From contig DXZR01000003.1 in NCBI GenBank assembly GCA_019419555.1, forward strand, positions 3,851 through 67,850: a stretch of 64,000 nucleotides of DNA, read 5' to 3'. The notes beneath the pieces were generated by a model. That model saw only the letters and a list, made by a program, of their open reading frames with translations, was not told where the DNA came from and made no database searches. The translations under genes and the position numbers were made by a program. The DNA is from Collinsella sp. GTDB taxonomy: Bacteria; Actinomycetota; Coriobacteriia; Coriobacteriales; Coriobacteriaceae. Positions 46,376 to 56,040 of this stretch are shown in pieces; positions within the stretch are counted from its first letter, which is position 1; each line of letters opens with the position of its first letter.

Positions 46376-47898
46376 TGGCGTTCGAGACGTTTGCCGTTCA
46401 CGCGGCCTGCATCCGCGGCGTCGAGGCGATTCCCGTCACGGTCGAGGTCTCGCTTGCCGGCGGCGTTCCGGGCATCCAAATGCTCGGCATTCCGAGTATG
46501 GAGGTGATGGAGTCGCGCGGTCGTATTCGCTGCGCGATGCGCTCCGCCGGGTTCGAGATCCCGCGCTCGGGCATTACGGTCAATCTGGCGCCCGGCGATA
46601 TCCGCAAGACCGGTAGCGGCTTTGATCTGCCCATCGCCATCGCGGTATTGGCGGCCGATGGGCAGATTCCCCGCGACAACCTCGATCGTTGTCTTATCGC
46701 TGGTGAGCTTGGCTTGGACGGTACGGTGCTTCCTGTCAAGGGCGAGGTGGCGTTTCAGTTATTGGCGCGTGATTTGGGGCTGTCCTTTATCGCCGGCAGG
46801 TCAGACCAGCATGTGCCACTCGCGGGCGTGGATTGCGGATTCATCGATCATTTGTCTCAGCTTGCTCATGGTATGGGCGATGCCGCGCGGCACTACCTGG
46901 ATTCTGAAGGGCCTGAGGCGACCTTTGAGCCTGAGCTCGACTATGCCGACGTGCTGGGGCAGGAAGTCGCTAAACGCGGCATGGCGCTTGCGGCGGCAGG
47001 AGAACTCGGCTTGCTCATGATCGGGTCTCCGGGATCGGGCAAGACGATGCTCGCACGCCGTATGACCGGCATCCTGCCCGAGCTTTCCGTTGAGGATCAG
47101 CAGGAGGCACTGTGCATCCATTCGGTTTTGGGTGAGAACATTGATGGCTTGTTGGCGGGGCACCGCCCCTTCCGCAGTCCCCACCACAGTATTTCGACCG
47201 CAGGCCTTATCGGCGGCGGGCGCCCGGTGCACCCGGGTGAGATCAGCCTTGCTCATGGCGGCGTGCTCTTTTTGGACGAGCTTGCCGAGTTTCCCACTGG
47301 CGTGCTGCAGACGCTGCGTCAGCCCATCGAGCGCGGCTACGTGAGGATCGTACGCGTCGACGGGGCTTTTACCTTCCCGTCGCGCTTTCAGCTGCTGGCT
47401 GCGAGCAATCCCTGCCCCTGCGGCTTTTTGGGCGATCGCGAGGTGCCGTGTCGCTGCTCGGCGGCGATGGTCGAGCGCTATCGGTCTAAACTGCGCGGTC
47501 CTTTGGCCGACCGTATCGACATGATGATCGATGTGACCCGTCCCGACCCTCAAGTGATTATCGAGGGTGCGGAGGGCATGTCGTCGGCCGAGTTACGTGA
47601 CTACGTTGTGCGCGGTCGCGCCTTTCGCGCTTGGCGCGAATCCCGCATGGACGATGCGGATGCCGAGGCCGAGGATGACGAGACACGGTCCATTGACGGC
47701 GTCGTTTCGACCTTTGAGCTCGATGATGCGGCGGAGAAGTGTGTGCTCGGCCTGTCGAAGCGCACGCATCTCACAGGGCGTGGCATCGTGCGCCTTGTTC
47801 GCATTGCGCGCACGATCGCAGATGTCGCCGAGAGCGAGCAGGTGACGCAGGACCACGTGCTCGAGGCGGCGATGTACCAGGGAAGGAGGGACCAATGA
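46375..47898 (+). CDS. comM: Mg-chelatase-like AAA+ protein YifB/ComM
   Basis: N-terminal Lon-like domain (GLDGTVLPVKG), Walker A GSPGSGKTMLARRM, GVLFLDELAEF, PCPCG zinc-like motif. ATG 46375 overlaps the yraN TGA. Confidence 0.92.
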   Translation: MAFETFAVHAACIRGVEAIPVTVEVSLAGGVPGIQMLGIPSMEVMESRGRIRCAMRSAGFEIPRSGITVNLAPGDIRKTGSGFDLPIAIAVLAADGQIPRDNLDRCLIAGELGLDGTVLPVKGEVAFQLLARDLGLSFIAGRSDQHVPLAGVDCGFIDHLSQLAHGMGDAARHYLDSEGPEATFEPELDYADVLGQEVAKRGMALAAAGELGLLMIGSPGSGKTMLARRMTGILPELSVEDQQEALCIHSVLGENIDGLLAGHRPFRSPHHSISTAGLIGGGRPVHPGEISLAHGGVLFLDELAEFPTGVLQTLRQPIERGYVRIVRVDGAFTFPSRFQLLAASNPCPCGFLGDREVPCRCSAAMVERYRSKLRGPLADRIDMMIDVTRPDPQVIIEGAEGMSSAELRDYVVRGRAFRAWRESRMDDADAEAEDDETRSIDGVVSTFELDDAAEKCVLGLSKRTHLTGRGIVRLVRIARTIADVAESEQVTQDHVLEAAMYQGRRDQ

Positions 47899-48830
47899 TG
47901 GCTGAGGGGACCTTCGAGCTGCATCCAGGTGACGCGTTGTATCCCGAGACCGTTTTGGAGCTTTCTGATGTACCTCAGACGCTCTATGTGCGCGGCAACC
48001 CCGAGGCGCTTTCGACGCCCGCGCTCTCCATCATCGGTGCGCGAAAGGCCTCGCCGTATGGTCTTGCCGTGGCAGAGCTTGCGGCGAAGGTGGCGGTTGA
48101 GGCGGGAGTGACGGTAGTTTCGGGCGGTGCGGTCGGTTGTGACCAGGCCTCGGGTTGGGCTGCGGTCAACGCCGGCGGCAAACACGTTGTGGTGCTGGGG
48201 ACGGGCGCCGACGTGGTCTACCCGCGTTCGAGCGCGGGGCTGATTACGCGCACGCTTGATACGGGTGGCGCGGTCGTGTCGATCTCTCCGTGGGGCATGG
48301 GTCCGCGCAAGTTCGCCTTTCCGCGCCGCAATCGCGTAATCGCGGCCCTGTCGCAAGCCCTCTTTGTATCCGAGGCGGGTATGCCTTCTGGGACGTTTTC
48401 CACAGCCGAGGCTGCTATGGATTTGGGGCGCGAACTTCTTGCCGTGCCGGGGTCGATCCTATCGCCCGAGTCGCGTGGCACGAATTACCTCATTGCGAAC
48501 GGTGCCTGCTGCATCGTCGACGAGGAATCTATCGAGATGGCTATCTCACGCATCTACGGAACCCTGCGCTACTCGCGCCCCGATGCTCCCGGCATTGCCG
48601 ACCTGGATCCAACGCAGCAGACCGTGATGCATGCGCTCATCGCCTCTCCGCTCAAGGTCGACGACATCGCGGCGCTCGTCTCGCTCGATGCTGTCGGCGT
48701 ACTCAAACTCTTGGGTTCGCTTGAACTCGAGGGTCTTATCGAGCGCATGATGGATGGAAGGTATGCGCCCTCCAAGTTTGCCCTTCACGCCCAGACACCC
48801 TTCGGTCACAATGGAAAACGTGTCAATTAG
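47895..48830 (+). CDS. dprA: DNA processing protein DprA (Smf)
   Basis: LYVRGNPEALSTPALSIIGARKASPYG, SGGAVGCD, FPRRNRVIAALS, GTNYLI; ATGA overlap with comM. Confidence 0.92.
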   Translation: MMAEGTFELHPGDALYPETVLELSDVPQTLYVRGNPEALSTPALSIIGARKASPYGLAVAELAAKVAVEAGVTVVSGGAVGCDQASGWAAVNAGGKHVVVLGTGADVVYPRSSAGLITRTLDTGGAVVSISPWGMGPRKFAFPRRNRVIAALSQALFVSEAGMPSGTFSTAEAAMDLGRELLAVPGSILSPESRGTNYLIANGACCIVDEESIEMAISRIYGTLRYSRPDAPGIADLDPTQQTVMHALIASPLKVDDIAALVSLDAVGVLKLLGSLELEGLIERMMDGRYAPSKFALHAQTPFGHNGKRVN

Positions 48831-48844
48831 AAAGGTGTTTGCAG

Positions 48845-50182
48845 ATGCAGTTCGATCAGGTGACAGTTATCGGTGGCGGTCTGGCGGGTTCGGAGTGCGC
48901 GATCCAGCTGGCAGATCGCGGTTTTGCCGTAAAGCTGTGCGAGATGCGCCCCCAGGTGAGCTCCCCGGCTCACCATACCGATCACCTGGCAGAGCTCGTC
49001 TGCTCGAATTCGTTTAAGTCGACCCGTCCGGATTCCGCGGCTGGTTTGCTGAAGGCCGAGCTTGAGCGCATGGGTTCAGTCCTGCTCGATTGCGCCCATC
49101 GCGCGGCTGTTCCCGCCGGTGGCGCCTTGGCGGTCGACCGCGTCAAGTTTTCCGAGCTTGTCGAGGCCGAGGTTGCCGCTCGTCCCAATATCGAGGTCGT
49201 GCACGGTGAGGTCACACAGATTCCCGAGGGTCACGTGGTCATTGCCGCGGGCCCGCTGTGTTCACCGGCGCTGAGCGAAGAGGTTATGAAGCTCGTCGGT
49301 GGCGATGCCCTGGCATTCTTTGATGCGGCGGCGCCGATCGTCGATGCCTCCACGCTCGATATGGACGTGCTGTTCTCGCAGTCGCGCTACGAGGAGCAGG
49401 GGAGCGGCGACTATCTCAACGCTCCGCTCAACAAGGAGGAGTACGAGGCCTTTATCGAGGCGCTTACCACGGCCGACCGCGTGGTGCTCAAAGACTTTGA
49501 GGGCGGCGATCTGTTCCAAGCCTGCCAGCCTGCCGAGGAAGTTGCGCGCACCGGCAAGGACGCCATTCGCTTTGGCGCCATGAAGCCCGTCGGCCTCACC
49601 GACCCGCGTACCGGACGTCGCCCCTGGGCGGCGATTCAGCTGCGTGCCGAGAACAAGGAGAAGACCGCCTATAACCTGGTGGGCTTCCAGACCAACTTGA
49701 CCTTTGGCGAGCAGAAGCGCGTCTTCCATATGGTGCCGGGCCTGGAGAACGCTGAGTTCTTCCGCTACGGTGTCATGCACCGCAATACCTTTGTCGACGC
49801 CCCTCACGTGCTCGATAGCACCTTTGCCGTGCCCGGTACCGGCGTGCGCCTGGCCGGTCAGATCACCGGCACCGAGGGGTACATGGAAGCCGTGGCGACA
49901 GGTCTGCTCGCGGCGCTCAACACCTATGCCGAGGCTATCGGTGCCGCGGGCGTCGAGTTGCCGCGTGTGGGCGCCCTGGGTGCGCTCGTGGGCTATGCGA
50001 CCGATCCTGCCACCGTGGGCTATCAGCCTATGCATGTCAACTTTGGCCTGGTGCCGCCACTCGAGGATGGTAAGCGCCGCAGCAAACGCGACCGCTATCA
50101 GGCTTATGCGGATCGCGCCCTCGAGGCCCTTGATGCCTACTTGGCCACGCGCTCCGACTTGTTTGGAGGCGACCGGTCATAG
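48845..50182 (+). CDS. trmFO: methylenetetrahydrofolate--tRNA-(uracil54-C5)-methyltransferase TrmFO (Gid)
   Basis: VTVIGGGLAGSECAIQLA, ELVCSNSFKS, AGQITGTEGYMEA. Confidence 0.93.
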   Translation: MQFDQVTVIGGGLAGSECAIQLADRGFAVKLCEMRPQVSSPAHHTDHLAELVCSNSFKSTRPDSAAGLLKAELERMGSVLLDCAHRAAVPAGGALAVDRVKFSELVEAEVAARPNIEVVHGEVTQIPEGHVVIAAGPLCSPALSEEVMKLVGGDALAFFDAAAPIVDASTLDMDVLFSQSRYEEQGSGDYLNAPLNKEEYEAFIEALTTADRVVLKDFEGGDLFQACQPAEEVARTGKDAIRFGAMKPVGLTDPRTGRRPWAAIQLRAENKEKTAYNLVGFQTNLTFGEQKRVFHMVPGLENAEFFRYGVMHRNTFVDAPHVLDSTFAVPGTGVRLAGQITGTEGYMEAVATGLLAALNTYAEAIGAAGVELPRVGALGALVGYATDPATVGYQPMHVNFGLVPPLEDGKRRSKRDRYQAYADRALEALDAYLATRSDLFGGDRS

Positions 50183-50256
50183 CCTTTGACCTGTACGACA
50201 CCGTCGACTCGTTTATCGCCTATATCGCACGTGTTGAGGGACTTTCTCCCAACACG

Positions 50257-51099
50257 GTGACGGCCTATGGCTCGAGGCTAGAGCGCTTTGCTGTCTGGTG
50301 CGAGCGCGAGAATATTGATGCTTTCGCTGCCGACGTGCGCACCATTCGTCGCTATCTTGCCGAGCTTTCGCGTGAGCAGGTGGCTCCCCGAACGCTTGCG
50401 GCGCACCTGTCGGCTATTCGATCTCTCTATCGCTGGATGGCTGCCGAGGGGATTGTCGAGGGCGATGCGGTCTCGGCGATCGCATCGCCCAAGCTGCCAC
50501 GTGACCTGCCGGGCGTCCTTACGACCCAGCAGGTTGAGGCGCTGCTCAAGACGCCTGATACCTCGACGCCCGCGGGACTGCGCGATGCGGCGATGCTTGA
50601 GTTGCTCTATGCCTCCGGCGCGCGAATCTCGGAGCTCGCGGCGCTCAACGTGGAGTCTATTGGTTGGTCCGAGCGAACGCTGCGACTTTGGGGCAAGGGG
50701 AGCAAGGAGCGTATCGTCCCTCTGTATCGTCGCGCACTCGAGGCGACGCGTCTCTATATTGAGGAGGGGAGGCCGGAGTTGCTCGCTCAGGCAAAGCGCC
50801 GTGACCCCGCTACCGGGCCGCATCCGCTGCTTATATCGGCGCGCGGCAATCGCATGAGTGCCGCCATGCTCAGGCGGCGGTTCCATACGCTGGCGACGCT
50901 CGCCGGCATTCCGGCCGACATTGCCCCGCATGCGATGCGCCATACCTTTGCGACCGATTTGCTCGAGGGCGGTGCGGACCTGCGCTCGGTTCAAGAGCTG
51001 CTAGGTCATGCGAGCCTGTCCACGACGCAGATCTACACGCATCTCACGCCCGATCGGCTCAAACGTGCCGTGGCTCAAGCCCATCCCCGCGGCGAATAG
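50257..51099 (+). CDS. xerC: tyrosine recombinase XerC/XerD family (XerC by synteny); true start probably upstream of 50257
   Basis: ARISEL (Arg I), HAMRHTFAT (HxxR), LGHASLSTTQIYTHL (His/Tyr). The in-frame sequence 50185-50256 still encodes the conserved N-terminal helix (FDLYDTVDSFIAYIARVEGLSPNT) but contains no ATG/GTG/TTG. Confidence 0.85.
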   Translation: MTAYGSRLERFAVWCERENIDAFAADVRTIRRYLAELSREQVAPRTLAAHLSAIRSLYRWMAAEGIVEGDAVSAIASPKLPRDLPGVLTTQQVEALLKTPDTSTPAGLRDAAMLELLYASGARISELAALNVESIGWSERTLRLWGKGSKERIVPLYRRALEATRLYIEEGRPELLAQAKRRDPATGPHPLLISARGNRMSAAMLRRRFHTLATLAGIPADIAPHAMRHTFATDLLEGGADLRSVQELLGHASLSTTQIYTHLTPDRLKRAVAQAHPRGE

Positions 51100-51318
51100 T
51101 GGCTGGGACGTCCCGCGCCGCACTCAGGTGTGTTGTTTTGATTGCGGGTTGGCAGGAAGAAGCATTCCTGCTATCATTCATCGGGTTGCTTCACGGCAAC
51201 ATGTTTTTATCACGCACGCGCGGCTACTTCATACCGTGGTGCCCGGGCTTTGGTAGCACATGTCCGGGTTGGTTTTGGAGGATGACCCCGCGCGGAGGCA
51301 AACCACAGGAGGTTTAAC

Positions 51319-52047
51319 ATGGCTACCAAGATTAATATCCGCACCCTGCTCGAGGCCGGCTGCCACTTCGGTCACCAGACCCGTCGCTGGAACCCCAAGA
51401 TGAAGCCGTTCATCTTCGGTGAGCGCAACGGCATCTATATCCTTGACCTCAAGCAGACCATCCTCGACGCCGACCAGGCCTACACTTTCGTCAAGAACGT
51501 CGCCAAGGGTGGCAACGTGCTGTTCGTCGGCACCAAGAAGCAGGCTCAGGAGGCCGTCAAGAACGCTGCTGAGCGCGCCAACATGCCTTACATCAACCAG
51601 CGTTGGCTCGGCGGTATGCTGACCAACTTCGTCACCATCCGCTCCCGCATCAACCGCATGGAGGAGCTCGAGGCCATGGTCGAGGACGGCCGCATGGCTG
51701 TTCTTCCCAAGAAGGAGCAGGCTGTGCTCGGCAAGGAGCTCACCAAGCTCCAGACCAACCTCGGCGGCGCCCGCGACATGAAGGGTCTGCCCCAGGCTCT
51801 CTTTGTCATCGACACCAAGCGCGAGGAGAACGCCATCAAGGAGGCTCAGCGCCTGAACATCCCCGTCGTCGCTCTGATCGACACCAACTCCGATCCCGAC
51901 GAGGTCGAGTACGGCATCCCCTGCAACGATGACGCTATCTCCGCTGTCACCCTTATGTGCGAGCTCATGGCTGACGCCTGCCTCGCTGGCTCCGGCAAGG
52001 AGCAGGTCTCCGAGGCCGAGATGGCCGCTGAGCCCAAGGCCGAGTAA
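51319..52047 (+). CDS. rpsB: 30S ribosomal protein S2
   Basis: [45 protein letters not shown]. Confidence 0.97.
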   Translation: MATKINIRTLLEAGCHFGHQTRRWNPKMKPFIFGERNGIYILDLKQTILDADQAYTFVKNVAKGGNVLFVGTKKQAQEAVKNAAERANMPYINQRWLGGMLTNFVTIRSRINRMEELEAMVEDGRMAVLPKKEQAVLGKELTKLQTNLGGARDMKGLPQALFVIDTKREENAIKEAQRLNIPVVALIDTNSDPDEVEYGIPCNDDAISAVTLMCELMADACLAGSGKEQVSEAEMAAEPKAE

Positions 52048-52092
52048 ATCAGTCTTAGTTAATTCTTTTTCATCTCTTTGAAAGGAACCACA

Positions 52093-52962
52093 ATGGCCCA
52101 GATTACCGCCGCTATGGTCAAGCAGCTCCGCGAGATGACCGACTCCCCGATGATGGAGTGCAAGAAGGCTCTCGTCGAGGCTGACGGCGACATGGACGCC
52201 GCTGTCGACGTTCTGCGTAAGAACGGCCTTGCCAAGGCTGCCAAGAAGGCTGGCCGTGAGACCAACGAGGGCGCTGTCGCCGCGTTCGTCTCCGAGGATG
52301 GCAAGACCGGCGCTCTGCTCGAGCTCTCCTGCGAGACCGACTTCGTTGGCTCCAACGCCAAGTTCACTGGCTTTGCTTCCAAGGTCGCTGAGGTTGTCGC
52401 TACCACCGAGCCTGCTGACGTCGACGCTCTGCTCGAGAAGCCGATGGGCGAGGAGACCGTTTCCTCCGAGCTCACCGAGATGATTCACATCATGGGCGAG
52501 AACATGAAGATCTCCCGCTTCGCTGCCCGCAAGGCCGAGAACGGTGCGCTCGCTTCTTACATCCACATGGGTGGTAAGATCGGCGTTCTCGTCGAGTTCG
52601 CCTTCGAGAAGGCCGAGACCGCTCAGGCTGAGTCCTTCAAGACCTTCGCTCACGACGTTGCCCTTCAGGTTGCTGCCGTCGCCCCGATCTGCGCTACCCG
52701 CGATCAGGTTCCTGCCGAGACTGTCGAGCACGAGAAGCAGATCTACATGGCCCAGGCTGCCGAGTCCGGCAAGCCCGAGGCTATCCAGGAGAAGATGGCT
52801 GTCGGCCGTCTGGAGAAGTTCTACAAGCAGTCCGTGCTCACCGAGCAGGAGTTCATCAAGGACAGCTCCCTCACCATCAAGAAGTACGCTGAGCAGGTCT
52901 CCAAGGAGCTCGGCGACACCATTACCGTCGTTGCCTTTGACCGTCTGGTCCGTGGCGAGTAA
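52093..52962 (+). CDS. tsf: elongation factor Ts
   Basis: ITAAMVKQLREMTDSPMMECKKALVEADGDMDAAVDVLRKNG; start moved to ATG 52093. Confidence 0.96.
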   Translation: MAQITAAMVKQLREMTDSPMMECKKALVEADGDMDAAVDVLRKNGLAKAAKKAGRETNEGAVAAFVSEDGKTGALLELSCETDFVGSNAKFTGFASKVAEVVATTEPADVDALLEKPMGEETVSSELTEMIHIMGENMKISRFAARKAENGALASYIHMGGKIGVLVEFAFEKAETAQAESFKTFAHDVALQVAAVAPICATRDQVPAETVEHEKQIYMAQAAESGKPEAIQEKMAVGRLEKFYKQSVLTEQEFIKDSSLTIKKYAEQVSKELGDTITVVAFDRLVRGE

Positions 52963-52985
52963 ATAAGCTCTTGTAGCTGGTAATG

Positions 52986-53020
52986 AGCAGGCTGTGGGTT
53001 TTACTCACAGCCTGCTTTTT
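52986..53020 (+). terminator. intrinsic terminator after tsf
   Basis: AGCAGGCTGTG-loop-CACAGCCTGCT followed by TTTTT. Confidence 0.85.
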
Positions 53021-53080
53021 CATGGCTCTTCTTAGAGCCTTTGATAGAATGTTGAGAGTTCAATCTAAAGGAGGATCGCT

Positions 53081-53803
53081 TTGTCCGACATCCGATATAA
53101 ACGCGTGCTTCTTAAGCTTTCCGGCGAAGCGCTGATGGGCGACGGCCAATATGGCATCGACCCCAAGGTTACCGACCATCTTGCTAAGCAGGTCAAGGAG
53201 CTGCTCGCCGTTGGCCATGAGGTCGGCGTCGTTGTCGGCGGCGGCAATATTTTCCGCGGCATGGCAGGCGCTGCCGGTGGCATGGAGCGTGCACAGGCCG
53301 ACTACATGGGCATGCTGGCAACCGTTATGAACGCGCTCGCCCTGCAGGATGCCTTCGAGCATAACGATGTTCCCTGCCGCGTGATGAGCGCTATCCAGAT
53401 GAACGAGATCTGCGAGCCCTATATTCGCCGTCGCGCCATCAACCACCTTTCCAAGGGCAACGTCGTTATTTTTGCCGCCGGTTCGGGCAATCCGTACTTT
53501 ACGACCGACACCGCCGCGGCTCTTCGTGCGTGCGAGATCGGCGCCGAGATTCTGATTAAAGCCACCAAGGTTGACGGCATCTACGACAAAGATCCCGTCA
53601 AGTGCGCCGACGCCGTCCGTTTTGACAAGATTACCTATCACGAGGTTCTCGTCCGCGGTCTGCAGGTTATGGATTCCACGGCTACGGCACTGTGCCAGGA
53701 CAACCGTATGCCGATTTTGGTCCTCAACATCGATGGCGAGGACACCGTCAAGCGCGCGCTTTCGGGTGAGCCCGTCGGCACGCTCGTCTATCAGGAGGAT
53801 TAA
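53081..53803 (+). CDS. pyrH: UMP kinase
   Basis: [33 protein letters not shown]; TTG start after AAAGGAGG. Confidence 0.95.
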   Translation: MSDIRYKRVLLKLSGEALMGDGQYGIDPKVTDHLAKQVKELLAVGHEVGVVVGGGNIFRGMAGAAGGMERAQADYMGMLATVMNALALQDAFEHNDVPCRVMSAIQMNEICEPYIRRRAINHLSKGNVVIFAAGSGNPYFTTDTAAALRACEIGAEILIKATKVDGIYDKDPVKCADAVRFDKITYHEVLVRGLQVMDSTATALCQDNRMPILVLNIDGEDTVKRALSGEPVGTLVYQED

Positions 53804-53805
53804 GC

Positions 53806-54342
53806 ATGGCAGAGAACATCACCGCCCATATGGACAAGTCGCTCGAGTCCCTCAAGCATAACTTCTCCAAGGTCCGTACCGGCCGCGCCAATGCCAACAT
53901 TCTGTCCGACATCACCGTCGATTATTACGGTGTTCCCACGCCGGTCACGCAGGTTGCCGCCGTCAAGACCCCCGAGGCCCACATGCTGCTCATCGAGCCG
54001 TGGGACAAGGCACTCATCAACGCTATCGTCAAGGCCATCGGCGCTTCCGATCTGGGTATTACCCCCAACTCCGATGGCACCGTCGTTCGTCTGCCGTTCC
54101 CGGCTCCAACCGAGGAGCGCCGTCGCGAGCTCGTCAAGGAGTGCCGCGAGTACGCCGAGCAGGCCAAGGTGTCTATCCGTAACATCCGTCGCGACTTCAA
54201 CAACAAGCTCGAGCGCGATGAGGAGCTCACCGAGGACGATGTCCGTCGCGAGCAGGCTAAGGTCCAGAAGCACACCGATGAGTATGTCGCCAAGGTCGAG
54301 GAGCTTCTGAAGGAAAAAGAAGCCGAGGTCATGGAGATCTAA
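53806..54342 (+). CDS. frr: ribosome recycling factor
   Basis: TGRANANILSDITVDYYG, IRNIRRD, typical 178-aa length. Confidence 0.96.
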   Translation: MAENITAHMDKSLESLKHNFSKVRTGRANANILSDITVDYYGVPTPVTQVAAVKTPEAHMLLIEPWDKALINAIVKAIGASDLGITPNSDGTVVRLPFPAPTEERRRELVKECREYAEQAKVSIRNIRRDFNNKLERDEELTEDDVRREQAKVQKHTDEYVAKVEELLKEKEAEVMEI

Positions 54343-54343
54343 G

Positions 54344-55138
54344 GTGCAATACGACGAGCATAAACTGGTCGAGTACTTTGCCGACGCCCCTGCGGGCGTC
54401 GGTTTTTCCGACCTTGACCTCAATAACATTCCGCACCATATCTCGTGCATCATGGACGGCAACGGTCGTTGGGCCACGTCGCGCGGTCTTGCACGCACTG
54501 AGGGCCACAAGGCGGGTATCGTCTCGCTGCGCGAGATCATTACCTCCTGCGTGCGCCTGGGCGTCGACGTGCTTTCGGCCTATGCGTTTTCTACCGAAAA
54601 CTGGAACCGCCCGCAGCATGAGGTCAACGTCTTGATGCACCTGTTTGCCAAGACGTTCATCGACGAGTTGCCGCTTCTGAAGCGCGAAAACGTGCGCGTT
54701 GTCTTTTTGGGTGATATTTCCGCGCTGCCCAAGAAGACCCGCGACGTTTTTGAACGCGGTCTTGCCGAGTGCGCCGATCACACCGGTATGACGCTGGCGC
54801 TTGCCGTCAACTACGGCGCGCGTGCCGAGATTACCCGCGCTGTCCGTCAGATCGCGCTCGACGTTGCCGCCGGTAAGATTGATCCTGCCGCAATTGATGA
54901 CGACATGGTGGCTTCTCACCTTTATACCGCCGGTCTTCCCGATCCTGAGCTTGTGATTCGCACCTCTGGTGAGCTGCGCCTTTCGAACTATCTGCTGTGG
55001 CAGGTGGCTTATTCCGAGTTCTACGTCACCGATACCTATTGGCCCGACTTTGATCGTTGGGGCCTTGTCGACGCCATTTTGGCCTATCAGGGCCGTGACC
55101 GTAGGTTTGGTGGACTGAGCAAGACCGAGGAGGCTTAA
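54344..55138 (+). CDS. uppS: di-trans,poly-cis-undecaprenyl-diphosphate synthase
   Basis: HISCIMDGNGRWA, AYAFSTENWNRP, IRTSGELRLSNYLLWQ. Confidence 0.95.
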   Translation: MQYDEHKLVEYFADAPAGVGFSDLDLNNIPHHISCIMDGNGRWATSRGLARTEGHKAGIVSLREIITSCVRLGVDVLSAYAFSTENWNRPQHEVNVLMHLFAKTFIDELPLLKRENVRVVFLGDISALPKKTRDVFERGLAECADHTGMTLALAVNYGARAEITRAVRQIALDVAAGKIDPAAIDDDMVASHLYTAGLPDPELVIRTSGELRLSNYLLWQVAYSEFYVTDTYWPDFDRWGLVDAILAYQGRDRRFGGLSKTEEA

Positions 55139-55140
55139 TC

Positions 55141-56040
55141 GTGTCCGATCGTCCCAAGGCATCTTCTCCCAAGACGCCTGCGCGCAAAGCTGCCACTGCG
55201 GGAGCGCCTGCAGCGAAGAGCGGCACCGGTTCGTGGCTGGCGGGCTTTATTACCCGTGCCGCTGCCGGTATCGTCTACGCCGTTGTCTTTATCTTGTGCT
55301 TGGTTTTGGGTATTGTGCCCACGGCCATCTTTGTTTCTGTCATGAGCGGTCTGTGCTGCTATGAGTTTTTCCGTATGACGAGGCTCGATGGCAAGATGGC
55401 TAACGAGCGCATGGGTATCGCTGCCGCCGTACTCTTTCCGCTGTCGGCGTTGGGCGATTCGATGCTGCTGAATGCCCTGCTTTTTGCCCTGATGCTCGCT
55501 GTGGGTATTTGGTATGTCTGGTCGCCGCGTACCCGCATCTCTGATGTGGCCGTGACGCTCATGGGTCCCATCTACACTGGCTTTATGCTGTCGGCTATCG
55601 TGCTGCTGCGCGATGCCGTGCCCGGTTTTGCCGGCGCCCTGCTTTCGGTGGGCGTTTGCGCGTCCCTTTGGGTCTCCGATTCGTTTGCCTACATCGTGGG
55701 TAGCCGTATCGGCAAACACAAGATGGTTCCCAAGATCTCTCCCAAAAAGAGCTGGGAGGGGTTTGTCGGCGGCATCCTGGGCTCGGTTTTGATTTGGCTC
55801 ATCCTGTGGGCGACGCACTTCTACAAGCTCAGCCTGCCCTATGCGCTGCTATGCGGCGTGGTCGTGTCCATTTTGGGCGTTATCGGCGACCTCATCGAGT
55901 CGCGTATCAAGCGCGGTGTGGGCGTCAAGGATTCCGGTAACCTTATCCCGGGCCACGGCGGTATGCTCGATCGTAGCGATTCGCTTATCTTCGGCTGCAT
56001 CACCGCGCAGCTGATGCTGATGATCGGAGGCGTGCTGTAA
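55141..56040 (+). CDS. cdsA: phosphatidate cytidylyltransferase
   Basis: Polytopic membrane protein with CDS signature SRIKRGVGVKDSGNLIPGHGGMLDRSDS; GTG start after GAGGAGG. Confidence 0.93.
   Translation: MSDRPKASSPKTPARKAATAGAPAAKSGTGSWLAGFITRAAAGIVYAVVFILCLVLGIVPTAIFVSVMSGLCCYEFFRMTRLDGKMANERMGIAAAVLFPLSALGDSMLLNALLFALMLAVGIWYVWSPRTRISDVAVTLMGPIYTGFMLSAIVLLRDAVPGFAGALLSVGVCASLWVSDSFAYIVGSRIGKHKMVPKISPKKSWEGFVGGILGSVLIWLILWATHFYKLSLPYALLCGVVVSILGVIGDLIESRIKRGVGVKDSGNLIPGHGGMLDRSDSLIFGCITAQLMLMIGGVL

Noticed and set aside
50257-51099. xerC as a 5'-truncated pseudogene
   Set aside because: The Arg, HxxR and His/Tyr catalytic motifs are all intact and the upstream in-frame sequence is still conserved. 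The issue is the start codon, not decay.
51099-51317. 72-aa ORF exactly filling the xerC-rpsB gap (MAGTSRAALRCVVLIAGWQEEAF...)
   Set aside because: Third-position GC is only about 62% by hand count, well below neighbouring genes. The product is Trp/Cys-rich with no motif and no RBS. It is more plausibly a structured leader. Coding cannot be fully excluded without conservation data.
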